Shown: positions 11,870 to 21,414 of the stretch, piece by piece
How the letters are laid out: each line of letters begins with the position of its first letter
Position numbering within the stretch: the stretch's first letter is position 1
Assembly (NCBI GenBank): GCA_963665115.1
Contig: OY762007.1
Coordinates: 4,608,001-4,672,000, forward strand
Direction of reading: 5' to 3'
DNA from: an uncultured Rivularia sp.
Lineage (GTDB): Bacteria; Cyanobacteriota; Cyanobacteriia; Cyanobacteriales; Nostocaceae
Length of the DNA: 64,000 nucleotides
Position numbers and translations under genes: made by a program
The notes under the pieces: model-generated
The model's database searches: none
Told to the model about the DNA's origin: nothing
What the model saw: only the letters and a program-made list of their open reading frames with translations

Positions 11870-13132
11870 CTAATCTCCCTTTGCCAATTCGGGAGTTTTC
11901 CCTAATAAACCAATCATCAATTTGAGATTCAATATTCTAATGAAAGGTACGCGCTGCATTACCCATAAGCCAAAGCGTCTGGCTATGACTACAGGTAGGA
12001 ATTTGTTGGAAAATACTCTATCTAATAAATCTGTAAAACCTAATATTGCTAGGTTTTCTCGTTTGCGCCAGCGTTCGTAGTTTTTAAGTACTTTGATATT
12101 TCCAATATCTTTACCAGCAGAATGTGCTTCTTTGATGACTTGGGCTAAAGCTGCTGCATCGCGAATGCCTAAATTTAAACCTTGTCCGCCGACGGGATGA
12201 CATTTGTGTGCTGCATCGCCGATTAAAGCTAGTCGATGCAATACATAACGATCGCTTTGCATTAACTGCACTTGGAAAATAAAGCGATCGCCAAGTAATT
12301 CTAGTTCACCCATTTGGTTGCCGAAACGTTTTTCTAATTGTGTGAGAAATTGCTCGTCATCGAGTTCCAACAAAGCTTTTGCTTCTTCATGGGGTGCTGT
12401 CCAAACAATCCGACAGCGGTTTCCCGGTAGCGGTAATACTGCAAAAGGTCCGCTGGATTGAAATTTTTCGTAAGCTGTATTGTTGTGAGATTTTTCTGGT
12501 TTGACAAATGCTACAATGCATGATTGCCAATATTTCCAACCTTTGGTTTTTATTCCAGCAGCTTGACGAATTCGAGATTTGCCTCCGTCAGCAGCTACTA
12601 TTAAATGGCTGCGAATTGTGCATATCTCTCCTGCGACTTTAACCTCTACCGTCGCAACATCTTCGAGGTACTCGGTACTTATAACTTCCGCAGGACATAA
12701 ATAAGTGATGTTGGCACTGTCTTTGACAACTTCTTGCAAAGGATAAAGTAGCGCTTGATGTTCGGCAACGTAACCCAAATCTTTGCTGCCGAGATCGTCC
12801 GTGTTAAATTCTACTACCTCGGAATAATCCGCATCGGAAAGACGCACGCGGTTATAAGTCTCGATTTGGGGTAATATCTTGTCCCAAATTCCAATTCCTT
12901 GATAAATCAACGCCGACAGCATATGTATCGCGTAGGCTTGTCCTTTCGCTACCGACGCAGATTGAACTCTGGCTTCGATTAAAAGTATTTTTAGTCCCGA
13001 ATCATTTAATGCAGCGGCTAAGGTTAAACCGATAATTCCGCCACCGACAATTACCAAATCGTAATCATACCCTCGTTTCTGAGCAAGGGATTGGGAAGGA
13101 GAGCTAATTTTAGAGAGCTGCGCTTGTGCCAT
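11870..13132 (-). CDS. FAD-dependent hydroxylase, UbiH/COQ6 family
   Basis: GGGIIG Rossmann motif, AADGGKS, LIGDAAHKCHPVGGQGLNLGIRD. Confidence 0.9.
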   Translation of the reverse strand: MAQAQLSKISSPSQSLAQKRGYDYDLVIVGGGIIGLTLAAALNDSGLKILLIEARVQSASVAKGQAYAIHMLSALIYQGIGIWDKILPQIETYNRVRLSDADYSEVVEFNTDDLGSKDLGYVAEHQALLYPLQEVVKDSANITYLCPAEVISTEYLEDVATVEVKVAGEICTIRSHLIVAADGGKSRIRQAAGIKTKGWKYWQSCIVAFVKPEKSHNNTAYEKFQSSGPFAVLPLPGNRCRIVWTAPHEEAKALLELDDEQFLTQLEKRFGNQMGELELLGDRFIFQVQLMQSDRYVLHRLALIGDAAHKCHPVGGQGLNLGIRDAAALAQVIKEAHSAGKDIGNIKVLKNYERWRKRENLAILGFTDLLDRVFSNKFLPVVIARRFGLWVMQRVPFIRILNLKLMIGLLGKTPELAKGD

Positions 13133-13302
13133 TGTTAAGATAAATCACAGCGTTTTTAATATTGTGACGTATTTTGAAGGAATTATGCAAGGAGATGGGG
13201 GAATTGGGAGATGGGGGGACAAGGAGATGGGGAGAAATGAAACTTTTAACTTTTACTCCCTGTTCCCTATTCCCTCTTCTAAATTGGCAGAACAATTAAT
13301 TT

Positions 13303-14799
13303 TTATTTCAAAGGAAACGCTACACAGTTTCTTCCAGATGATTTCGCGTTGTACAAAGTTTTGTCCGCAGCAGCTATCAAAGTTTGAGTTGAGTTATTGA
13401 AATTAGGAAGAGTCGAAGCTATACCAAAACTAACAGTGACACAATTGCTTGCATGAGAATTAATGTGGGGAATATCTAAAGATTTGATTGTTGAACGAAT
13501 TTCTTTGGTTAAATGAATTGCTCCCTCTAAATCGGTATTTGGTAAGAGGATAATAAACTCTTCACCACCATAACGAGCAGCTAAATCAGCAGGGCGTTTA
13601 ATAGCTTCTTTCAAAACAGTAGCGATTCGGCGCAAACATTCATCTCCTAATTGATGTCCGTAAGTGTCGTTGTAATTTTTAAAATAATCGACATCACACA
13701 TAATCAAAGATACTAGCCCTTGTTCCCTTAATAAACGTTTCCATTCTTGCTGGAAATAATAATCAAAGTAGCGACGATTTGCTAATCCCGTTAAACCATC
13801 TGAATTTGCAAGTTTTTGTAATTGCTTATTCGCAAAATTCAATTTTTCTGCTATTTCGCGGTATTCAGTCTCATTTTGGGTTAATATTGATTGCATTATT
13901 CGGCATTGCTGTATTTCTTTCTCCAATAATTTATTTTGATTTTGGAGTTGCAGCGTTTGTTCATTGACTGTTTGCTGCAAAATTTTTATTAAAGCTTGCA
14001 TTTCTAATGGATCTAAAACTCGCAGCAAGCTACTTTGGGTAATAATCCCAGATAACTTTCCCTCGACATCAATTACAACTAACCTGCGAATATTTTCTTG
14101 CTCCATTTTTTGATGAGCAAACCATAAAGTATCTTTATTTCTAATAGGTTTAAGGGGGGCACTCATTACTTCTTTAGCTATAGTTGAGGAAAAGTCCCAG
14201 CCTTGTGCCCGTAATCTTACTATATCTACTTCCGTAATAATTCCAACAGGATAATATCCTAACTCCGTATTTCCCTTTGCGATCGCCACACAGCTAACTC
14301 TGTTTTTAGCCATGAGGAGAGCGATATCCAAAATATTAGTGAGGGGAGAAGCTTGAATTACCTGTGTTTCCATCAACTCGCAGACCAATCTAGACCGAAG
14401 CATATCGGCAGGTTTAAAAACTTGCCGAATTGTTTTAGGAGTGACAATACCAACCAACTGCTCAAGCTCGTTTACAACTGGTAAATGGCGAATTCGATGG
14501 CGACGCATCAAATTTAATACCACATATACATCGGTAGCTTGAGATGCGGTAACGGAAATGATATTTTTTGACATCACATCAGCAACGTTTAAACCAGCAA
14601 AATTCTGACGCTTAGCCGTCATTTTTACTACGTCTCTTTCCGTATAGATACCGATTAGTTTTTGCTGTTCTACAACCAAAACACAGCTAGCTTTGGATTG
14701 ACTTAGTAGGTTAACGACATCTTTGACCGATTGATCGACCTGAACTGTGACAGGTTTAAAATCAATAGCTTGATTGAAGGGAAAATCATCTGATGTCAT
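13303..14799 (-). CDS. Diguanylate cyclase with four CBS domains
   Basis: CBS motifs (GIYTERD, IRHLPVV, GIITEVD), then DGLTGLANRR and ARYGGEEF. Confidence 0.92.
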   Translation of the reverse strand: MTSDDFPFNQAIDFKPVTVQVDQSVKDVVNLLSQSKASCVLVVEQQKLIGIYTERDVVKMTAKRQNFAGLNVADVMSKNIISVTASQATDVYVVLNLMRRHRIRHLPVVNELEQLVGIVTPKTIRQVFKPADMLRSRLVCELMETQVIQASPLTNILDIALLMAKNRVSCVAIAKGNTELGYYPVGIITEVDIVRLRAQGWDFSSTIAKEVMSAPLKPIRNKDTLWFAHQKMEQENIRRLVVIDVEGKLSGIITQSSLLRVLDPLEMQALIKILQQTVNEQTLQLQNQNKLLEKEIQQCRIMQSILTQNETEYREIAEKLNFANKQLQKLANSDGLTGLANRRYFDYYFQQEWKRLLREQGLVSLIMCDVDYFKNYNDTYGHQLGDECLRRIATVLKEAIKRPADLAARYGGEEFIILLPNTDLEGAIHLTKEIRSTIKSLDIPHINSHASNCVTVSFGIASTLPNFNNSTQTLIAAADKTLYNAKSSGRNCVAFPLK

Positions 14800-14830
14800 A
14801 TATGTAACAAGAATACACCCAGTTTCGATA

Positions 14831-15587
14831 CTAACCTAAGCTTACAGCGATTAAATCATCAGACATATCGAAGTTAGCTGTAACATTTTGCACATCGTCT
14901 ATAGCTTCAAGAGTATCAATTAATTTATTGAGCAACCGTGCTTGTTCTGAGTCAGAAACATCTACATTATTGCTAGGAATCCAGCGTAATTCTACATCGG
15001 TAACATCAAATTGTTCTTGAAGCGTTTGATTGAGGTTTTCTAAATCTACAACTTCGGCTACAACTTCAGCCATATCATCGTCGGTGATTTCGTAAAATTC
15101 GGCACCGCCTTCTAAGGAAGCTTCCAGAAGTTTTTCTTCGTTAGGAACATCTTTTACAGTACAAACGCCTTTTTGGGAGAACATCCAGCTAACGCAACCT
15201 GTTTCCCCAAGATTGCCGCCATTTTTAGTAAAAGCTTCTCGTAAATATGCTACCGTGCGGTTGCGATTGTCCGTTAAAGCTTCAATCAAAATCGCTACAC
15301 CACCCGGCCCCGTAGCCTTCATAGCGTATCTCCTCTAACTTTGCACCATCATCATCAAAAGTACCCGCACCTTTGGCGATCGCCCGCTCGATATTATCCG
15401 ACGGAATACCGGCTGCTTTGGCTTTCTCGATTGCGGTACGTAGTTGAAAGTTACCATTAGGATCTGCTACACCATTTCTAGCTGCAACAATAATTGCACG
15501 AGATAGCTGAGTGAAGGTTTTACCTCTTTTAGCGTCAACCCGCGCTTTTTGACGCTTAATATTTGCCCATTTACTGTGTCCTGCCAT
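14831..15587 (-). CDS. yebC: YebC/PmpR family regulator; apparent +1 frameshift at 15306-15311
   Basis: [14 protein letters not shown] start. The conserved YEGYGPGGVA is restored by removing one G. Also TDNRNRT. Confidence 0.93.
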
Positions 15588-15757
15588 AATTTAAACCTAT
15601 AAAATCAACCGATCGGCTAAAAGATATGAATTTTTCTCTAAAATTAATTTTATTCTAAGCATTCATGTTTAAATGCAGTGTATTAAATTTTAGAGAATTA
15701 AGAAACCCAGTTTTTTATGTGGGTTTGTTAACAACTCGAATTATTTTAAGAAAAAGA

Positions 15758-17035
15758 ATGTTTTATCAAAAATTATTGGCTTTAGTAATAGTTTCTATAA
15801 TTTTCATCACGGGATGCCAGACTTCATCGAGTGAAAAAAGCAATATAACCTATCTGACTTTATGGCAGGGAGTAAACCCACCGTCTAATAGAGATGTTTT
15901 ACAGGACTTAGTAGATAAATTTAATCAAAATCATCCTAACATTCAAGTAGAGTCGCTGTATGTAGGGCAACCAGATCAGCAAATGCCGAAAATTTTAGCG
16001 GCAGTAGTGGGAAATGCACCTCCAGATTTATTATGGTTTAATCCCACAATTGCCGGACAATTAGTCGAATTAGATGCTTTGGTACCGCTGGATGAAATGC
16101 TTAATAAATCCCCGGTTAAAGATGAAATCGATCCGGCTTTGTTTGATTCAATGAAGTATCAAAATAAAATTTGGTCGGTACCTTTTGCAACTAATAATGT
16201 CGGAATTTTTTATCGTCCAAGTTTATTTAAAGCGGCGGGAATTGAAGAATTACCAAGCACTTGGGAAGAGTTTCGTCAAGCAGCCAAAAAATTAACTCGC
16301 GATACCAATGGAGATAATAAAGTTGACCAACACGGTATCTTTTTACCTTTAGGAAAAGGTGAATTTACAGTATTTATATGGCTGCCGTTTATGTGGAGTG
16401 GTGGAGGAGAATTAGCTTTGGAAGCGGCAAAAGTAGATTTAGCAGAAAATAAAGGCGCGATATCAGCTTTACAACTATGGCAAGATTTAGTTAAAGATGG
16501 TTCGGTGATATTATCTGCACCAGAAAGAGGTTTTGAAACAGATGCTTTTATGTCTGGAAAAGTAGCAATGCAGGTGACGGGACCTTGGACTTTGACTTAT
16601 ATTAATAATGATATTAAAAATGGTGATTTTGGCGTATTTCCCATTCCTAAAGATGAACGTCAAGCTACCAGTATTGGTGGAGAAAATCTATTTTTATTCA
16701 AAACCACGCCAAAGAGAGAAAAAGCAGCATTTGAGTTTGCAGAATATGTAGCAAGCGAGGGATTTCAAACAGAATGGGCTTTAGGAACTGGATATTTACC
16801 TGTAAATTTAAAGTCGCGTCAAAGCGAAAAATATCAGACTTATATTGAAAATAATCCCACAGCCGCCATATTTTTAAAGCAAGCAAAGTATGGGCGCAGT
16901 CGTCCGGTTTTTACTGGTTATACTAGAGTTTCGGAAAGTATTGGTAGAGCAATGGAAGCAGTTTTGTTAGGTAAAAGTAGTCCGCAAGAAGCTTTGAAAG
17001 AATCCCAGCAAAGATTGGATTTGATTTTTAAGTGA
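15758..17035 (+). CDS. ABC transporter sugar-binding lipoprotein
   Basis: Lipobox ITGC and SBP family 1 features (PDLLW, YRPSLF, GPW). ATG at 15758 preferred. Confidence 0.88.
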   Translation: MFYQKLLALVIVSIIFITGCQTSSSEKSNITYLTLWQGVNPPSNRDVLQDLVDKFNQNHPNIQVESLYVGQPDQQMPKILAAVVGNAPPDLLWFNPTIAGQLVELDALVPLDEMLNKSPVKDEIDPALFDSMKYQNKIWSVPFATNNVGIFYRPSLFKAAGIEELPSTWEEFRQAAKKLTRDTNGDNKVDQHGIFLPLGKGEFTVFIWLPFMWSGGGELALEAAKVDLAENKGAISALQLWQDLVKDGSVILSAPERGFETDAFMSGKVAMQVTGPWTLTYINNDIKNGDFGVFPIPKDERQATSIGGENLFLFKTTPKREKAAFEFAEYVASEGFQTEWALGTGYLPVNLKSRQSEKYQTYIENNPTAAIFLKQAKYGRSRPVFTGYTRVSESIGRAMEAVLLGKSSPQEALKESQQRLDLIFK

Positions 17036-17071
17036 TATTGGTAATTGGTAATTGGTAATTGGTAATTGGTA

Positions 17072-17373
17072 GTAGGTTGCGTTAGGCAGACAACAAATTT
17101 ATAATTTATCAGTTAGAATTCTGCCGTAACCCAACATTGTGATTTGTAGAGAATCCCAAGTTTTCAACTTCGTAGTATCGAGCGAGCAAGATGCTCGCAC
17201 TACGATATATTTTTCCAAAATTGGGATGCTCCTGTAATTGGCGGTTAATTGAACATATTCAAACAACCAGAAAAATATTTATTACGCTCTCAATATATTG
17301 ATGTTGGGTTACTACACAATTAATAAATCTTGTCGTAATTAAATAATTTATTTTCGTGTCTAACCCAACCTAC
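17072..17373. repeat. Nested REP-like cluster (GTAGGTTG(G/C)GTTAG...GTAACCCAACA family, inverted pair, enclosing a GCGAGCAAGATGCTCGCACTAC copy)
   Basis: Same family as 40828-41121. The right copy supplies the last codons and stop (SRLG*) of the monooxygenase. Confidence 0.75.
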
Positions 17374-18817
17374 TCAATCCAAAAGGCAACAATCCCAATA
17401 AAATCATCATCAAAATTGCATACAATATCCGAGTTGTCCGTTCAACCTTTTTCAATATATCGTTATAAGAAAGCTGATGATTTTGAATTAGAAAAAATGC
17501 TGGTGGAGTAATTAAGAAGGGTAATATTTTGCTTAATGAAAGGCGCAACAAAAAATTAATATTCCACAACTTTTTGCGAATCGGAGCTTGATTATATTGC
17601 CAAGGATAACCTACTTGCATCAAACGTATTAATGCTTTTGTATCGGGGAGTCTTAAGGATTCATACAAGGGTAAAGCTTCAACAAAATTGTTGTTACTTT
17701 TTTCTAATGCATCGTTAAGCGTACATACGTCTTCTAATGCTGAGTTGACACCTTGCCCTAAATCTGGAGGAAAGCTGTGAATTGCATCTCCTAACAAAAC
17801 TACAAATGATTCATCATTTAATTTTGAGTAGAATCCATCGCAGTATTGAGGAATGGGGAATTCTCCACCTTTGGTTAGAGCAAATCTTTGGGCTTCTTGG
17901 GAAGAAACTATTTTGTTGATGGGTAATTGCGGAAAGGATTTAGTTAAAAAGTCATGCATTTCCTCACCGCTGTTTAATTCCCAGATATTATGATTTGGTT
18001 TGGTTATAATATTTGCGCTACGTACTTCATCTGGATTTTTTACAGGTAATAATCCCAGAGATATTGATTTTTTTCTATCTTTGAATGCGCTACGAACAGC
18101 ATATGCCATTTCGCTGGTAGTTAGTTCTTCGCCTTTATCATCTAAAGGAAATTTTGGCGGTAAAGTTAATATTTTGTATCTTAATCCCGAACTCGGTGAA
18201 GGGAAATATTTCATCTCGAATTTGCTTGATGATGAGTCATCCCACTGTTTGAGAGTATTTCGGACTATAGAGTTGATTCCGTCGCATCCTACTAATAGAA
18301 AAGGCTGAAATTCTATTTTTTGATCGTTTTCGATTATGGCGACCTTTATTTCTTCAACTTTACTTTCTTGATTAATAATTTTATTAATTTCAACGCATTT
18401 TGCATTAAATATAACCGTTATAGAGTCTTGCCAATTTTGTTCTATTTCTTGATAAAGTAAATTAACAAATGTTTTGCGCGTTATCCAATAAGCGGGTTTT
18501 CGATTTGGATCTACAATTGGTAATTTTAAACTTTTACGATTTCCATCTGGCGTAATTTTAGTTAAATAAAAATCTGTGCTGGCAACGCCATTTGTAGGTA
18601 ATTGCTCGGTAATTCCAATATAATCTGTAAATTTTTGACCGCGCCCATCTATTAAATAATTAAATGATTTATCGGGTTCATAATAATCTGCGGTAGGGCG
18701 TTTTTCTAAAACTGTAATATTCCGCCAACCGCGTTTAGCTAACATCAGTGCGGTTGCGAATCCTGCGGGACCACCTCCGATAATTAATACTAGTTGATGG
18801 TAATTATTATTTATCAT
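17360..18817 (-). CDS. FAD-dependent monooxygenase (kynurenine 3-monooxygenase-like)
   Basis: GGGPAG, GCDGINS, LLGDAIHSFPPDLGQGVNSALED. Confidence 0.85.
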   Translation of the reverse strand: MINNNYHQLVLIIGGGPAGFATALMLAKRGWRNITVLEKRPTADYYEPDKSFNYLIDGRGQKFTDYIGITEQLPTNGVASTDFYLTKITPDGNRKSLKLPIVDPNRKPAYWITRKTFVNLLYQEIEQNWQDSITVIFNAKCVEINKIINQESKVEEIKVAIIENDQKIEFQPFLLVGCDGINSIVRNTLKQWDDSSSSKFEMKYFPSPSSGLRYKILTLPPKFPLDDKGEELTTSEMAYAVRSAFKDRKKSISLGLLPVKNPDEVRSANIITKPNHNIWELNSGEEMHDFLTKSFPQLPINKIVSSQEAQRFALTKGGEFPIPQYCDGFYSKLNDESFVVLLGDAIHSFPPDLGQGVNSALEDVCTLNDALEKSNNNFVEALPLYESLRLPDTKALIRLMQVGYPWQYNQAPIRKKLWNINFLLRLSLSKILPFLITPPAFFLIQNHQLSYNDILKKVERTTRILYAILMMILLGLLPFGLSRLG

Positions 18818-19108
18818 AATTTATTTATACATAATTATTAGTTTTTAATTTTACTATAAAATTATGATGCTAAAGCTTAAAAATAAGTAAGAAAATTGTA
18901 TGTGATAAAGATGTCTAACCCACTCTATAAAAATAAACCCGATTTTTTATAAAAACCGGGTTTATAGACTAATTTATGTATAAAAATACGGGCAGAATAC
19001 CTTTGCCACAAGATTACTTTCTCTATACTTATTTTCTCCGCGTACTCTGCGTACTAGTAAGGTTTTATATTCAGTAATCTTGTGCAATAAAGAAAGTCAT
19101 ATAAAATA

Positions 19109-19858
19109 CTAAGCCGATAATACAGCTTTAACTTTTCCAAACCGCCGCTCTCTATTTTGATAGCTTGATAATGCTTCTTGGAAAGCTGTCCTGTTAAAAT
19201 CTGGCCATAAAGTATCTGTAAAATACATTTCTGTATATGCCATTTGCCATAGAAGAAAGTTACTTAATCGCTTTTCTCCACTAGTACGGATAAGTAAATC
19301 TGGTGCGGGAATGTCTGCCGTATATAAATTGCTTTGAATTAAATTTTCATCGATATCTTCTGGTTTAATTTCTCCTTTTTTAACTAACTCCGCTACTTGA
19401 CGGCAAGCGCTGATAATTTCTTTGCGACTACCATAATTAACTGCAACATTAAACTGAACATCTTGGTTATTTGATGTTTCCAACATTGAACGCTGCATTT
19501 CATTTTGTAATGATTTAGGTAGTGCAGATAAATCGCCAATAAAATTAATTCGTACACCTTCCCTATGCATTTCTTCTAATTCGCGACGCAACATTTTTTC
19601 AAACAAAATCATCAAAAAATCAACTTCTTCAGTTGGTCGTCGCCAATTTTCAGTAGAAAAGGCGTAAGCTGTTAATATCTTAATTCCCCAATCTTTGCAG
19701 CATCGCAAGAGTTCTTTAAGCGTTTTTGCACCTTGCCGATGTCCGGCAATACGCGGTAATTTTTGTTGAGTAGCCCACCTCCCGTTACCATCCATAATTA
19801 CGGCAACATGCAAAGGTAAGTTTTGTAAGTTTAAATCTGTGGGTAAGTTTGAATTCAT
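19109..19858 (-). CDS. uppS: Isoprenyl transferase (cis-prenyltransferase)
   Basis: [42 protein letters not shown]. Confidence 0.95.
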   Translation of the reverse strand: MNSNLPTDLNLQNLPLHVAVIMDGNGRWATQQKLPRIAGHRQGAKTLKELLRCCKDWGIKILTAYAFSTENWRRPTEEVDFLMILFEKMLRRELEEMHREGVRINFIGDLSALPKSLQNEMQRSMLETSNNQDVQFNVAVNYGSRKEIISACRQVAELVKKGEIKPEDIDENLIQSNLYTADIPAPDLLIRTSGEKRLSNFLLWQMAYTEMYFTDTLWPDFNRTAFQEALSSYQNRERRFGKVKAVLSA

Positions 19859-19897
19859 AGGGTTGTAAATTTAAGAACTTCGATTTTATACAGAAAA

Positions 19898-20878
19898 TTA
19901 TGTATTGACTATGAGGAATTTTGAACTTTGATTTGAACTTTGAATTCCTGTGTCCCCAAATAGTTCATTTAAATATGCTGGTGTCAGGGTATTATTCCAA
20001 ATCCACATTTGATGTATTGCAGAGTAAAAGGTATATAACAAGCTGCATTTGTTACTAAAATTCCAAGAATCCCATTTGAGAATCTGCATCATCCGTTTTA
20101 AAGTTCTAATCAAACTATTGCGCTGATAATTTCGATGGCGAGTTTTTATTAACGTTTTAGTTATTTTGATGGCAGAAGTATCGGGATAAGCCCAAACACC
20201 AAATCCCCAGAATTTCGTCATGTGGTTGATTTCGTCAATTGCTAATTGCTCTAAAATGTCTTGCAGCGAACCAGTTGTGTGAACCATCAGCCATATATAA
20301 AGACAAGTCGCGCTCAATTCAGTTGCTATCCGATGCAAACCATGACGATATAAATCTTCGTAAGGATTATCGGTAGGTAGATAGCTTCTAACAGTGCGGA
20401 ATTTTGGAGTTATTTTTTCACCCGTCAACTGCTGGTAAACCTTAATTAATGCAGGGGTATGCTGACGCTCTTCTTTTTCCCATAATCCCGGCTCTATCAG
20501 CTTTTCGTTTTCATCAATCGTTCCTCCTACATACTGAGCCATTTGTGGATGTAATTTTTGGAAATATTGCCGACTCGTTTGAGTATATCCTCGGATAGGC
20601 GCTTCGGTATCCATCGCACCGACTATAACCGATAAAAATACTTGCAAATCGATACCACTTACCTGCTCGCGATTAATACTTTGCCAGTCAATGGGTTTCC
20701 AAGCACGCGGTTGTGGTTGGTTAAACTGTGATGGTAAATCTTTCAAGCGCTCGTGTAATTCTTCCTTTGCAAGATAATGTTTGATGAGAGAATTTATCTT
20801 TTGCTGAATTTGAAAGTTGTTGCGTAAATTTGTTTTAGTTCCCCGATTTAGCTCGGATTCACTAAGTATTTCTATCAT
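19898..20878 (-). CDS. Ferritin-like (di-iron) domain protein
   Basis: Paired EERQH and DEINH ExxH motifs. Confidence 0.75.
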   Translation of the reverse strand: MIEILSESELNRGTKTNLRNNFQIQQKINSLIKHYLAKEELHERLKDLPSQFNQPQPRAWKPIDWQSINREQVSGIDLQVFLSVIVGAMDTEAPIRGYTQTSRQYFQKLHPQMAQYVGGTIDENEKLIEPGLWEKEERQHTPALIKVYQQLTGEKITPKFRTVRSYLPTDNPYEDLYRHGLHRIATELSATCLYIWLMVHTTGSLQDILEQLAIDEINHMTKFWGFGVWAYPDTSAIKITKTLIKTRHRNYQRNSLIRTLKRMMQILKWDSWNFSNKCSLLYTFYSAIHQMWIWNNTLTPAYLNELFGDTGIQSSNQSSKFLIVNT

Positions 20879-21015
20879 CTTTTTTTTATTTAAGTATTTA
20901 TTTTTGCTTCGTGACTACCAGTTTAAATGTGGTGCTAGTGGTTTGTCAGTCGGGTAAAGTAGGGTAAAAAGTATGGTTGAGATATTTATTGGGAGTTATT
21001 GAAGTGATTTCTTTC

Positions 21016-21270
21016 TAACTGACATCTTCCATCATTCTCCTGCTCGCCTTCACAACCACCTTGTAAGCCGGAGGCTTTCTAGCCCGCACGCAATACCTAC
21101 GGTACGCTCCGCTAGCCGCGTGAACGCAGAGAAATCAATTTCAGGGCTGCATATACAAAGTACGTTAAAACGCACTAAAAGCCTTACTCAGCCATCTTTA
21201 GATGACTTGCTTTATAAGCCTGGGAATTTATTCCAAGGCGGTTATTGAGAATAGTGCAAGATGTGAGTTA
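21016..21270. mobile_element. MITE-like element with terminal inverted repeats and TA flanks
   Basis: Left end TA|ACTGACATCTTCCATCATT; right end AATAGTGCAAGATGTGAGT|TA (reverse complement TAACTCACATCTTGCACTATT). No ORF inside. Confidence 0.65.
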
Positions 21271-21414
21271 AGAGATACAAGTACTGAAAATTGAAAAGTA
21301 AAGGAGAAAGTCAAGTTTACATAAACTTGTCTAAAAAGACTGGTTCCCAACTGTAGACTAGGATTGAGCTTTGCTCCTTTCACTTGTAAGTTAAACTACC
21401 TTGGTCGCTAAACA

